DNA of 57,157 nucleotides from Basidiobolus ranarum (Eukaryota): NCBI GenBank assembly GCA_040143965.1, contig JASJQH010006886.1, positions 1 to 57,157 of the forward strand, read 5' to 3'. Shown piece by piece: positions 28,218 to 41,572 of this stretch (position 1 is its first letter; each line of letters starts with the position of its first letter). The notes under the pieces were generated by a model. It saw only the letters and a program-made list of their open reading frames with translations, ran no database searches and was not told where the DNA came from. The position numbers and the translations under genes were made by a program.

Positions 28218-30542
28218 ATGAGCGCCATTATTTTGGAAACCTTAAGACAGGCCGACTTGGAGCACTATTATCCAAGGTATTTTATTCTCTATTACCTACC
28301 TCATTTATTCCTTAGTATCCATGTGGACTGACTGAGAAACATTTCGTTAGTTTTGCTGCCAATGGCATCGCCACTATAGAAGAGCTCTCTAAGGTGAATT
28401 GTTTGAACCGTAAATATCTATTGAAAAAAATATTAAGCCAATTTTTTTCTATAGGTCACTATGCAAGACTATGGAACTCTTGGTGTGAATAGCATGGACG
28501 ACAGAAAAAGGCTATTCCAGCTCATTCAAGCTGTCAAAAATGAGCACCCAGGAGACTTCTCTTCATCTTTATCTAGCAGTACCTCAGCTTACTCGCGACA
28601 ATCCATTGCTCCCACACGAGCATCTCAAAGACCTCCTGTTCCCCCTTCCTCTCGTGCTATTGAGCACGCACGTAGAACCAGACGAACTACCGAACAAATT
28701 TCTGCAGGCCCTCAACAACGTCGTGTTACCCGCTCTATGTCAATAGTCCAGCAATTACAAGAGCCTGACTCTAGTGTAAAGGAAAGTGATCCTCTTCCGG
28801 TGGTGAAAAGGAGAACTACAATGAACAGCGCATATGGTGTCCCCCAGCTTCCCCCAACCTCTTCTAATAGCACTCGTAGACAATCTGCTGTCGGCAGTCG
28901 TAGAAAATCTACTGCACCTACCACTACCGGTAGCTTAAGTGATAGAATTCGAGTGTGCATTCGTAAACGTCCATTAAGTTCACGAGAGACAAAGAAAGGT
29001 GAAACCGATATCATTAGTGTCTCTGGCCGCCGTAGACTGGCTGTAAATGAACCTAAATTAAAAGTAGATCTAACCAAGTATGTGGAGCAACACGAATTCG
29101 TTTTTGATGAAGTGTTCGACTCTACTGCTGACAATGAACAAGTCTATACTCGTACTGCTCTCCCTCTTGTTGAATATATATTTGAAGGCGGTAAAGCCAC
29201 TTGCTTTGCATATGGTCAAACCGGTAGTGGTAAAACGTACACAATGCTAGATGCCGAGCTCGGTCTGTATGTATTGGCTGGCCGAGACATCTTCACTCTC
29301 CTAAATGACGAACAGTTCTCGCATCTTTCTTGCTATGTAAATTTCTATGAGATTTATCAGGGACAACTGCACGACCTTCTCAACAATCGCAAAAAACTAG
29401 CTGCTCGTGAGGACGGAAATAAAAATGTTGTTATAGTTGGTATTCGTGAAATAGAGATTTCATGTGTCGACGAATTACTTGAAGTATTTAACTATGGACA
29501 CTCGGCAAGAACTACTGGTACCACTGGTGCAAATGCCGATTCCTCTCGCTCCCATGCCATTTTACAAATGGTTCTGAAGCATAAAAATGACAAGAGGAAG
29601 ATCCACGGTAAATTTAGCTTTATCGATCTCGCTGGAAGTGAACGTGGTGCTGACCGTGGTGAATCCGATAACAAAACGAGAATGGAGGGTGCTGAAATCA
29701 ACAAGAGTTTACTAGCACTCAAAGAATGCATCCGTGCTTTGGATCAGGGTGGAAAGCACCTTCCATTTAGACAGAGTAAACTCACTCAAGTACTGAAGGA
29801 TTCGTTTATTGGCAACTCTCGCACTTGTATGATCGGTACGATCTCACCCAATATGTCCAATAGTGAGCATTCTCTCAATACACTCAGATATGCCGATAGA
29901 GTCAAAGAGTTGAAGGGGGACACTGATTACGATGACGAAGATGAAGAAACTGAATTTTACGGATATTCCAGCTCTGAACCTGAACCTGAATCAGTAGAAG
30001 TGGCGAACACCGAAATGGAGGACGAGGCTGAATTCGAAGAAGAAGTCCATGAAAGCGAGCCTGAGAATTTAATCCATGATGAAGCCCCACCAGAGTTCTT
30101 TAGCGAGGAAGACAATGTAGAAGAAACGTTTGCCGTTCCCAATCCCCCTGTTCGTGAATCACGCGAATATCGAGAACCCAAAGACGTCCATGAGAACCGA
30201 GAGTCTCGTTATAAGCCTCAGTATAATAGCGCCGATTTGAGTCGCAGTCGTAGATCCTCCGTCTCATCATTTGAAGATAGTTATCTTAGCTCAGGTAGTT
30301 CCCAATTGGAAGGCCTTGGCGATCTGATCAAGAGTCACAAAAATACTATTCGTGAAATTACCTACATCTGCCAGATGGAGACGATGCTGATGCAGAAACT
30401 GAAGCTCAATGCCTCATCCACATCTAAATCCAGCACCGCTAACATTAGCGCTCACGCTCAAGAGTTGGAGGCTTTACTAGATAAAAAAACAGCAGTCATT
30501 GCGGATTTCAAGGAAAAGCTTCGCAACACCTTGTATTACTGA
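28218..30542 (+). CDS. KIF24: Kinesin-13, KIF24-like (N-terminal SAM domain + central motor); introns 28277-28350, 28394-28454
   Basis: Spliced N-terminus MSAIILETLRQADLEHYYPSFAANGIATIEELSKVTMQDYGTLGVNSMDDRKRLFQLI (SAM). Motor has the KVD loop (EPKLKVDLTKYV), GQTGSGKT, SSRSH, DLAGSER and the KEC motif. Confidence 0.9.
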
Positions 30543-31388
30543 AACTACACACTCCAAATTCTCTAATTTGCATATGAACCTGTATTCGAACCATTGGGCT
30601 CTTTCTCTCGATTGAAATAGCCATCTCTCACTACCTAATTCCTCAGCCCCCTATCCTCCTCCATTGGTAAATTATGATGTTGAAAGTACCGGAGATCGGC
30701 TTGCTTTTTACATTCCTTCATATTATCTATGCTTCCAAATCAAATTCTATGTTCAATATCAATGCACAACCCTCATTTCTCAATTCTTTTCGTCCTCTCC
30801 TGGTTCTTCGATTTCTGAGGGAATCCTCCTTTACTGAGAATCCTGAGATTCTTTGTAAATATTACACAACCAACTCTCTTCCCTAATAAACACCTTTACC
30901 AGCCATCCATGTATCTGATTCGCATGTATGCATAAGCACATTGTGTAAGACTGGCCCTCCCCTGGCCCTGGCAATCTCACCTGCACCACAATATTGGATG
31001 ATGTTCTAACCCTGGTGCAAGCCTATTCTTAGTATATAACCGGGTTTTATCATCTCATGTTGTTCCCATTCAATAACATGAGGGGTGGCGATTTCCTCTT
31101 TCAGACAGATCACACCTGCCTAATCAATTGGAACTAGTTATGCAAAAATGAGGGTTTCACTTTCAAAAGGGTTGTTATCTTGCATAAATTTTCTTTGTCA
31201 ATTGACTCCGTGCCCCTGAATATGTGCCTAGTGGGTCTGTCAATAAATCTTATCAAAAATTCCAAGTTCACTAACCCTCAACCTACTTGAGAAACAGATT
31301 TACAAGTAAGCCTTCGTGATTTCCGCTCCGATTATCCATCTTAGGGCGGACTCTATTTAAGTTATTGTTAAATTTCTCTTCTCTTCTC

Positions 31389-33565
31389 ATGAATACCATT
31401 CACTCTACCGGACTTCTCATATTTCGTCAACAGCGGTCTATCGAGTTCCTATTAATAAACGACACTTTTTCCAATAAACGTCACTGGACTCCTCCAAAGG
31501 GGAAAGTTATTGGTGACGAAGACGAATTGAAGTATGCATAGAATTTCTTATTGGTCTAGAATTTCTTTTAATTGTTTTTTTTGGATTTCTTTAGATGTGC
31601 AATCCGCGAAACCATTAATATTACCGGAGTAAATATTAAAGAATTAACTATTGATAACAATTTCCGTGCGGAATTAAGATATTTATCTGGAAGCCAGCCC
31701 AAACGAGTTATATACTATCTTGCTCGACTTGCTGACAATGCTCGTGTCTTACCTACAGGTGAAGGACTCAATCTGTCTTGGCTATCGCTTGCCCAAGCAA
31801 TTGAAAAGTCTGTATTTAGAACGATGGGGGATGTCTTGAAACAAGCTTCAACTTATATTGAGAATAACAAGCTCAATATCCCTCAAATCCGACAAAGAAG
31901 CAATGTAGATAGTATGGAGCACCGACTTAAGAATATGAACATTGCTCTCCCTCTTGACTCTCAACGTCAAATGATCTCTCGTCAACGTCAAGATCAGCGA
32001 CCTGAGCAACGTTACGATCAGCGCGAACGCTCTCGTACGGAGAAGCTGTTGTCTACTTCACCCAACTCGGCCAACAATGACAATCCCTTGTATAAGACTC
32101 GTCTTTGTGAACGGTTTGAAACTGAGGGATTTTGCCCCTATGGACCGAAATGCACTTTTGCTCATGGTATTGTAGAGTTGAAGGAGAAAAAACCTCAGAC
32201 AAACGAAAAACCATCTACTGTGGAAAGCAAAATTAAAGAAAGTAACGATAACCCTTTATACAAAACTAAACTCTGCGAAAGATTTATGAAAGAAAACTTC
32301 TGTCAATATGGGCCAAAATGTAACTTTGCTCATGGTCGTGATGAGTTAAAGGACCGTTCTTCCACCGCCCCTGTCCCTGTCCAAGAAGTACAAAAATCAC
32401 GCTGGAGAAATAATGCTTCGGGTGAACACCACTCGCCAGAAGCATTTTTTGCTAGAAGACTTGAGACCGGCTCACTATCACCCCCTTCCAGGGGTTCTCG
32501 ACCCGATATATATATTGAACAGCTAGATTCTGGCCGCGATATCCCCAACTTGATTCCCACCTCTAACGAGATGTCTAGCAGATCTATATCTCCCACTGAA
32601 ACTTTATCTACACCAGATAAAGATAATCATGATGACTTCAAGGCCCTTCAACCACTTCGTCGCCGAGAAAAAGATGAAAAAATCGGATTGGATTATTTGT
32701 TGGGTGGAAAGGTAATTCCCAAGAGCAGTACATCAATCTACAATACAAGTATGTTTAACACTTGTTATCATTTAGGCTGACAAAGATAAGTCATGGCTAC
32801 GAGTTCTAGAGCCATCTGATGATGAGCAAGGAAGAATCAACTCTCTGTAAGTGATTGCAATCATAATATTGTATTCTTAGCGCACTTTCTAATACCGGTC
32901 TCATTAGGAAAAAGCAACTTAACGGAAATGGTAATGCAAACGGCAATGGAAATACTCAACACGCTAACAAACGTACCGAATACAAAAAATTGATTCATGA
33001 TTTAAAGATGTTCTTCGATGCAAGGAAGGATATGGATCACGAAAAACAACTTCAAGACGAGCTTAAAGAAATTACAAGAATTGAATTTCGTAATAATTTA
33101 TCCAAAAAGGAATTGTTTGAAATCCTGATCCCAAGCCTGTTTTCCGATTTCAACAATCTTTTTAAGGAGGTTAAAGCTAGAAATATTCTCTGCAAAAAGG
33201 TACCTCAAAGTCAACATGAATTGGCAAAGTATTGATTTCACTAATGCTCTGTATCAACCTAGTTTGTTCGTACTGAGCAAGATCAGGTTGCCTTTCTACG
33301 CGCTTGGGAGGAGTTCTTGATTACTAATGATCAGATTATCACCAAAACCCCAGTCCTGTTCAAACTTTTCTATGACATTGATCTTGTTGAGGAAGAGTCT
33401 TTCATAAAATGGAACTCTCTTGCCAGGGCAACCACCAAAGTTCAGGAGGGTGCCCGACCCTTCATTGACTGGCTCAGGTAACTTTATTATATCCATTTCC
33501 ATCGCCAAATTGAAATTTACTCATCACTCTGAAATTATAGTACTGCTGAGGAAGATGATGAATAG
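31389..33565 (+). CDS. Fusion protein: NUDT2/Ap4A-hydrolase-like Nudix (degenerate box) + 2x CCCH zinc finger + eIF5-type W2 domain; 6 exons
   Basis: Exons 31389-31531, 31595-32711, 32776-~32846, 32908-33199, 33263-33477, 33541-33565 join in frame through GT-AG introns. Motifs: HWTPPKGKV..E.......RET; YKTxLC-x8-C-x5-C-x3-H twice; LFYDIDLVEEESFIKW...PFIDWLSTAEEDDE*. Confidence 0.85.
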
Positions 33566-34567
33566 TTGACTTTAGCTATAGTCCAAGCTTTAGGTTAGAA
33601 AGTAACTGTAAAACCGTTACCATACCTACTTTTGTAAAGTCAAATTTACTGAAACCAATTATAAGTTGCGAATACCCCGCGGATATATGTGTTCTTATTC
33701 CCATTTGCCAAACACTGTAGTACATTGTATAAACATCCATAATGGTTAACGCTGAAGCTATATATCATCGCCTTTCTGTATCTTATTAAAAACCCTTCGA
33801 AAATCAACCCATACCTTGGCCTCTCTGTTTGTCTAATTAAACTTCACAAATTCCTATTGTCACTACATCAATCAATGAGAAGATGTATGCACTTAGTCCA
33901 ATCAAGAGTATATATACCTAATTCCAAGATTTAAAAGCGAATAACGTCCCAATCAAGATCACTTAGCTTTCAAAAAACGATCGGTCATGCCTTCGACTAA
34001 ACTCATCTAATCCCAGCATGACCAGTAGAAGTACAGATATAATTATGTCTGTACTAGCCTAGATATCTAGACAATCAAATGCCAAGCTTCAACCAAAGGT
34101 AATTACGATTGTGTCACTTAGAGGAAGTTTATTATGATGTACAAGAAATACAAGAGCAACAACACTCTTTTTTTAATATATTACAAACAGGATTCGTTTA
34201 CCCAAAATTGATGATGTCAATGATTGAACTATTCTCATACCATCAATTATCCAAAATTTTGAATGCATTACTCCTGTACTCAACTTCTGATTCCTTCAAG
34301 TTGAGATACGTAATTTGCCGATGAATCTTACAACTCTATCAACTATTGGGGGCGAACATGCAAAGTATTGTTAGGAAGGTAACCAATAACATACGTCATT
34401 CTAGCGATGAAATATTGATGATAGGCTCGATTTATTTGAATTTAGGACTGTTTCAAGGAATTAGAGACCAGCACGTTTTCATGCTCTATACAGGGTGTAA
34501 AAAGGGTTTTTCAATGATGTGTTCGAAATAGTAAAATTAAACGAGGATGCGAATATTAAATGTTAAT

Positions 34568-35965
34568 TTAAGCGGATTTGCCGATGACTTCAACCTTGAA
34601 ACCAATATCACGGAGCTTGGGTGCGTCAAGCATAAGACGACCATCGAAGACAAAGGCAGGCTTGTGCATGTTATCGTAGACCTTTTTCCAGTCTAAAGTC
34701 TTGAACTCATCCCATTCAGTTACGACAACAACGGCATCGGCCTTATCGGTGGCTGAGTAAGGATCTTTGCAGATAGTAACTTGCTTCTTGACCTTCTTCT
34801 CGTCACTTTCAACACCAGGTTCAGTCAAATCCATCCAGATTTGCTCCTCCTCAACCTTAGGATCATAGATGGTGACGTTGGCGTTTTCTAAGATGAAATC
34901 CTTGATCAAAGTGATAGCAGCGGACTCTCTGGTATCTCCGGTATCCTTCTTGAAAGCAAAGCCAAGAACAGCGATTTTCTTGTGAGTGATGGTGTTGAAC
35001 AAACACTTGATAACACGGGAGGCAAAACGCTTCTTCTGGTATTCGTTCATGATGACAACTTGATGCCAGTATTCAGCAACTTCATCCAAATGGAATTGCT
35101 TGCTGAGGTATACCAAGTTAAGAATATCTTTCTGGAAGCATGAACCACCAAAGCCAACACTGGCCTTCAAGAACTTGGGGCCAATACGGCTGTCTTTACC
35201 ACAAGCTCTAGCTACCTCATCAACATCAGCTCCAGTAGCTTCGCATACAGCACTAAGAGCGTTGATGCTAGATATACGTTGAGCCAAAAGAGCATTGGCA
35301 GCCAACTTGGTGAGCTCAGATGACCAAAGGTTGGTGGTAATTACTCTCTCTTCGGGAACCCAGTGAGTGTAAACATCGACTAAAGCCTTTTGAGCCTCAA
35401 TACCCTCAGGGGTTTGGAGACAACCGATCAAGACACGGTCAGGATTGAACAAGTCATCAATAGCGGTACCTTCAGCAAGGAATTCGGGGTTGGAGAGGAT
35501 ATCGAAACGGATACCATCACGGCAATTAGCCTCCAAAATGGTGCGCATGCTTTGAGCGGTACGGCAAGGAACGGTGGATTTCTCAACAACAATCTTAGAG
35601 CTAGTAGCGATTTCAGCGATACGTCTAGTAGCAGTTTCAACATAGGCCAAATCAGCGGCGAAACCGGCGCCCATACCACTCTTCTTGGTAGGAGTGTTAA
35701 CGGAGACGAAGATAAGATCGGCTTCTTGAATGGACTTGTCAACATCAGTAGAGAAGAAAAGGTTTCTACCGCGAGCAGTGAAAACGACTTCTTCAAGGCC
35801 AGGTTCGTAAATAGGAAGCTTGTCAGAGTTCCATGCGTCAATACGAGTTTGGTTAACATCTACGATAGTAACTTCAATATCAGGACACTTGAAGGCAATA
35901 ACAGCACAAGTGGGACCACCGACGTATCCGGCTCCAATACAGCAAATTTTCTTGACAGCGACCAT
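34568..35965 (-). CDS. UGDH: UDP-glucose 6-dehydrogenase (intronless)
   Basis: [41 protein letters not shown] (catalytic Cys), [15 protein letters not shown] 35965. Confidence 0.97.
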   Translation of the reverse strand: MVAVKKICCIGAGYVGGPTCAVIAFKCPDIEVTIVDVNQTRIDAWNSDKLPIYEPGLEEVVFTARGRNLFFSTDVDKSIQEADLIFVSVNTPTKKSGMGAGFAADLAYVETATRRIAEIATSSKIVVEKSTVPCRTAQSMRTILEANCRDGIRFDILSNPEFLAEGTAIDDLFNPDRVLIGCLQTPEGIEAQKALVDVYTHWVPEERVITTNLWSSELTKLAANALLAQRISSINALSAVCEATGADVDEVARACGKDSRIGPKFLKASVGFGGSCFQKDILNLVYLSKQFHLDEVAEYWHQVVIMNEYQKKRFASRVIKCLFNTITHKKIAVLGFAFKKDTGDTRESAAITLIKDFILENANVTIYDPKVEEEQIWMDLTEPGVESDEKKVKKQVTICKDPYSATDKADAVVVVTEWDEFKTLDWKKVYDNMHKPAFVFDGRLMLDAPKLRDIGFKVEVIGKSA

Positions 35966-38900
35966 TGTTAATGTGGGGTAAAGTTCTAATGATAGGAACG
36001 AGGATATAATTGAAGCGAAGGCCGTACCTTTATACAAAGCAGGGTGGTAGTTTGGGTGGATAGATTTAATTGGACATAAATAAAATGTACTATATTGTTT
36101 TCCACATATAGGTATGCCCTGATGTTGACTTTATCCTAGTTAATGTAGCCTCCCCTTCCACCATCCCCAAATCTGCTCACCCTATCATATTCCATAGCCG
36201 CCTAACCAACGTAATCAATATGAATCCCTAGAGCACCTAGATATCCGATAGGCGTAATCGATACCCATACCCTTGCTACCATAGAATAAATACAGTTGTG
36301 CGAATCTAATACTTTTTCGAATCTAGTTTCAATCCTAACAACTGTTACAGTCCCTTGGTTGCTGGAGGTATTATGGTAGTGGGATCGTCATTTTTAGGAC
36401 TCTTGATTTGGGAATAGACTCTTCAATCTCGCTTGAATTTCCATTCCTGGCTTACGTATCACTCACTCAGCCAACTCTCATCTATCCTAATAATAAATAA
36501 TGTTAGTGTTGCTTAAACTCTTGGCGGATCCACCTATAAGTGGTATGCGCCTATTATTGTAATATCCATAAATAACCATCCAATTTAGTTGAAGTGCCAC
36601 TAAGTAAAGCATGCTAGCAAACTGACTCGAGTCTCGATTGGCCAAATGGGAATTTAGATCATATAAATAAACTGCGATAGCAAATGCGATGGTGAAATGA
36701 TGATTTATCACTGGAAATTGTCAATTGGATAAAATCCAATTTTACTCAACAAATTATCTCGGCCCATTTACCTGTTACATATACTTCGCCCATGAAATCT
36801 CCATATTAAGTGTGACATCAATGTATTTCTATGCACCAACGGAATTGATGCTTTGAATGGTGCAAATAGTTGCTTAATCTGACAACAGCTATTGATGAAA
36901 ATTCACTAAGATGGGTTTCATTTAGCCAAGAAAAGTTGGCAGAATAAACTCTGGTGTGTAAAAATTAGCATGTTAATGACCTATTCAAGTCTCAGAGAGA
37001 GTATCCAATATATTCAATTCATGTGAGTTATTAGAGAAATATATTTTACTGTTTGAAGGTGAAGGCAATATACTCAGAAATCCATAGTATTACCTTCAAG
37101 ATTTCCATATGCATGACAAAAAAACATCAGTACAAAAAGAATTTTAATTATATTTCTTTTATTGAAGAAAATCAACTTTGAGTTTATCAATAGATTAAGT
37201 GTCTCAATTTGAAGCCTATTTTTGAGGTATCTCTTTGAATTTATGATATTGAATAATCTTGGCTGCTTTTAACTAAATTCCAAGTATATGCCACCAAAAA
37301 GCTGATTTCTAAATATTATCAGATGAATAGGTATAATTAATCCGCCATGGAGTTGTTGGAGGGAAACAGTTAAAGCTTAGATATATTAGCACAATCCAAC
37401 AGAGCATTATGGAATATCGATTATCAAGTTTTGGAAGTCAATAGAAAACTGTGATAAATATACATAGCTATGTCTCAAAGCAGTTGGTCTATACATGCAA
37501 TATTCTATGATCTGTAGCTGACTGACTGCTAATACACATACTCTTTACTATGATCATCCCCCACAATGGCTTTTGGTAGCTTTTTGCATGCCAAACAGTG
37601 TTCCATTACCGATACACGGATTTTTATGCCATATATGTGATTATTCCAAACGGAATTTTCAACAATCAAAACAATTACATCATCTGGTCATCAACGTAAT
37701 GTTCCTTGAGAAGCAAACTAACCTTTTATAGGGATAGGAAATGCATCCAAAGAATGGTTCAGAAAATAATGGGGCAATGAGGGATACTTATATAGACCAA
37801 GATTTGACGCAAAACCAGCTCGAGTGAGTTTAATCACACCTATGTCCATATATGTAGGTTTGTTATTCAATCGTTAGTGACGTTATCTGGATGGCAGTGA
37901 ACATCATCTATAATTGGTACCGCCGAAGCAAATCTCATTGATCAATATTTACTCGGTTTATTTATTTCTTACGCCAATTGAGAGTATATAGCCAACTGTA
38001 TATCTTGACCATGGTGTTTCGGATACTTTCTCCCCATACTTTGCTTACTCACCTGGTTGGAATCTACCGTGAACCAGGAATGGAAATTTTGCACATTCTG
38101 GGCTCGCAAATAATTTATCCGCGGCTCATTTTTATTTGTTTGATAAATCCATTTGCGCTGCCGGTGATTCCTCATCAGCTTACCTCCAACTGCCTCGACC
38201 AGGCATATGATAGTCTATGCTTGAGTTTGTCAGCCTCTCATTACATATGTAGCAGTCACGACCAAGGTGAGTCAAGTTTTTACCTGATTAACCCCAATAT
38301 TGGAACTAACATTTTGGTACATCTCCATCTGACGTCCTCGTTCTATTATTTTCACCTTTAACTGTCTCTCAGAGAGTGTGGTATATGTTCAATGAGGCTC
38401 AGTATCATTGCCTCAATAACACTTCGTATGCATACTCTCTTGAATCTCGTTATAAGAAAGCAGGAGATGATTGTAAATGCAATCACACAAGTTAAAAAGG
38501 AAACAATGTGAAGGAGTTAGATATTCATCTATTATCCTATCATCTTGTTTAACCAATTATGCAGGCCAAGAATTTGTCTAGCTAGACTATAACCAGATAT
38601 TTCCAAAACCTGTGTGACATACCAATCTTGTCCATGCTCGAGGCCTTCATTTACGCTAACCGTGTATCTGCAGTGGAGATACAATCGAAGCATGCGGCTA
38701 TATATTGTATTTTAAGCTTTTATTCATGATGGTCTAGTAAAAGAAGGTCCCTCCATTTCTGTAACGTATTCTTTTCATGATCTACTTCTATCATTTATGC
38801 CCCTTCGCAAATTGGATATTTAACATTCATGCCATCTTAAGGGACTTTTAAGTGTAACATAATTATTATTTCCCTTACACTATGCACGCCAAGTACCCTT

Positions 38901-40420
38901 TATGATCTAAACTAACCTGTTTCTACGATACGTGTGTGTCACAACGTCTGCTCTTGAGTATTTACTCTAGGGGGAAACCTGATTTTAACTAGATTTCAAC
39001 GGCCAAAATGAGCCACCCCCAACTCGAACTTTTACACCCTGAGCTGAAATAATCATCATCAAAAGGTAGTCGGATGAACCGTCCTGCAAGAACCTGTGCC
39101 AAGATACTGTCTTGGGGGGGGTGTAAATCCAAGCAGGAATATGTACTGTAGGATAGCAGCAACCAACCATCAAGGGCTTTGACCTCTTCCCGCCTCCTTC
39201 TCACCTGATATTGTCGATCATTGGATGATCATTCAAACTTACTAATACATGCATGAATGATGGGCTTTAAATGTTTGCACTCAATGAACATACTGAGATA
39301 ACGTCCCGTTCTCATAAAATTAGTGCAGCTATACACCATTAACAAGGGAAGTGTTGTAGTACACTTGTTAATTAGCCATATTACATGGATACACATAACA
39401 AATGATGTTGACTGCTATTTCGTTGATTTTTTTGCATGCCATCCCAAATCAACCCAGGCTTTGTGTTACCTCGATTGGATTTTTACCCCATGGAATTTTA
39501 CTAATACATTCCGAATTACCGACATCAATTTTGTATCAATCTACTATTAAAGGTAGCTCAGAATCACCTAATCTACTAGTCTATTCAAAGAAAGAAAAGA
39601 AAGTTCGAAGTAGGATGATTAAAATCTACCAAAAGTCAACATTTCAATGGTTTTCACAAGTAGTTATGATAGTTCAATATCCTTGACTCTTTATTCATGT
39701 CATGAATAGGCTCACTCGCCCTTTAAACTTGATTGTGTATGATGAAGCTGACAGGTTATGATCGGAGCGGTAGCGAATATTCGTTAGAGATTTGTTGATA
39801 AGTTGTTGGTAGATTCCACTGGGAGATAGGTGAATCGCTTGCGGAAAGCATGTTCTAACAGGAATTGCCAACACTTAAGGCTATTATCAAGATGCAGTTG
39901 AGCTCATTATTTGGGCGTTGATGCCCTCGCCCGCTCTCCGTCCCAAATCACGCGGCTGACATTCCTTTCTTGAATCGCCTTCACATGCCTAATTTGGATC
40001 GGGATTTCTCAGCTAAATCAGTCAGATCAATATCAGGGTGAGGGTAAGGGTAAGGATAAGGATAAGGGCAAGGTGGTGAAAATGATAAGCTGAACGGGGC
40101 TGATGCATTGAAAACTGCAAATAAAGCTGCCAAGGTTCATGACCAAAAGAGGGAGAACAATATTCTATCAACATGATGTTCCCTTTTTAGGGAATACGTT
40201 ATTATATTGTTTTCTCAGTAATTTACACAATTATGTTTAATGAAACCATTCCCTTGCCTAATCCAGCGATGATACCTAATCCATCGTCCATCTGAAAAGT
40301 ATATAGCATGCGTGGATGCCGCTGAATGTGCCTCATCGGAGTTTATTTCTTGACATTCTGCTTCCGTTTCTACTTTCCTTTACATCTCAATCCTTGACTT
40401 ACTCACATACATTGTCAACT

Positions 40421-40612
40421 ATGAGAACCAGAACCTTCAGCGCTTCCATTGAAGACATTATTACAAAGCTTGACGTCTCTAACGTCTGCGACAAGAGCCC
40501 ACTAGATCGCCTGGAAGCACGTATTCAACATCAATTAGCAATGCTCGCATCACAGGAGATGAACATTCCAAAGATTTCTTCCGAAGCCAGACAGGACGTT
40601 AAATCCTATTAA
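40421..40612 (+). CDS. Small hypothetical protein, paralogue 1 (63 aa)
   Basis: ATG 40421, TATATA at 40300, AATAAA at 40741. Shares SIEDII..LD...V..KSPLD.L..RI..Q with ORF 41573-41806. Confidence 0.7.
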   Translation: MRTRTFSASIEDIITKLDVSNVCDKSPLDRLEARIQHQLAMLASQEMNIPKISSEARQDVKSY

Positions 40613-41572
40613 CTGCCTCCTCCCACCGTCACTAGAGTTTGCCGGATTTGTGATAGTTTCACAGTTCAAATTCGTTATAATATCTTGCAATTGCTTTCAC
40701 TCTTTACCATATCAATCTCTTTAGTCTTTGCTTGCATGTAAATAAATTGTACATACTTTATTTAAACATAGAGATATCCATGGTTCCAGTTTTGTGTGAT
40801 GATCGAATATTGTGATAATTTCTTAGATGGCTGACTCAAAGTGAATTACTACGAATGAGTTGAATGGATGACGAATCGGTGGCTATTTCATTAAAATCAT
40901 CGAGATGAGGCATCCAGATAATTAACTATCATTCTGGATATTTAATATATACCTAATTAAGTTTATTATTCACATTGTTACCTCATCCATGTATATGGAC
41001 CCAATGGTTCAGTCTGTTTCGGAGAAGGTCAGATCCGGTGCGGACTTAAGTTGCTCAGATTCTATCCAACGTCATGATTATGCTCTAGACACTCAGCGTG
41101 TTGATACATGAGCACTAGTAGGGAAGTGAAAGGTAATATTGATACTAACATTACCGAACTACTGCATGTGCTCATCGGTGGGAAGAAGAGAGATGACATA
41201 TATGCTCGGAAAGACTTCCAGTTTGGTTGATGTAAAAGATTCAGTCCCAGGTGGATCGAACCCTAAAATCATCACTCATCCCCCGTCGAAAGGTTGATTA
41301 GGTAAAGTAATTTAGCCAAGATATGGGTCACTTTAGAGCCAACTAAATCATATTTCATTTTCACTACCAACAGTCACGATATATCAAATGTGTGTGAGGT
41401 CCCTGATGTTTTCTAAGGACCCGTCCCCATTTTATATGAAACTGATTGGAAGAGTTTGAAATCCTGGATTAGATCAAAATGTATAAAAGTCTGGCTACTT
41501 GTCTACTGTTAGAAAGAACAATTTGAAACCCATCTCTAACCACTTATACCACGCTACACTACACCCAGAAGC

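Noticed and set aside
35100-35971. Long antisense and alternate-frame ORFs (193 aa, 143 aa) over UGDH
   Set aside because: Expected by-product of strong codon bias in a highly expressed gene; no recognisable motifs.
37969-39686. Several 60-127 aa ORFs in the region upstream of UGDH
   Set aside because: Mostly non-ATG starts with random-like composition; no homology recognised.
41245-41335. B-box-like GGGTTCGATCC on the minus strand (possible tRNA/SINE)
   Set aside because: T-stem does not pair and no cloverleaf or acceptor stem can be built.
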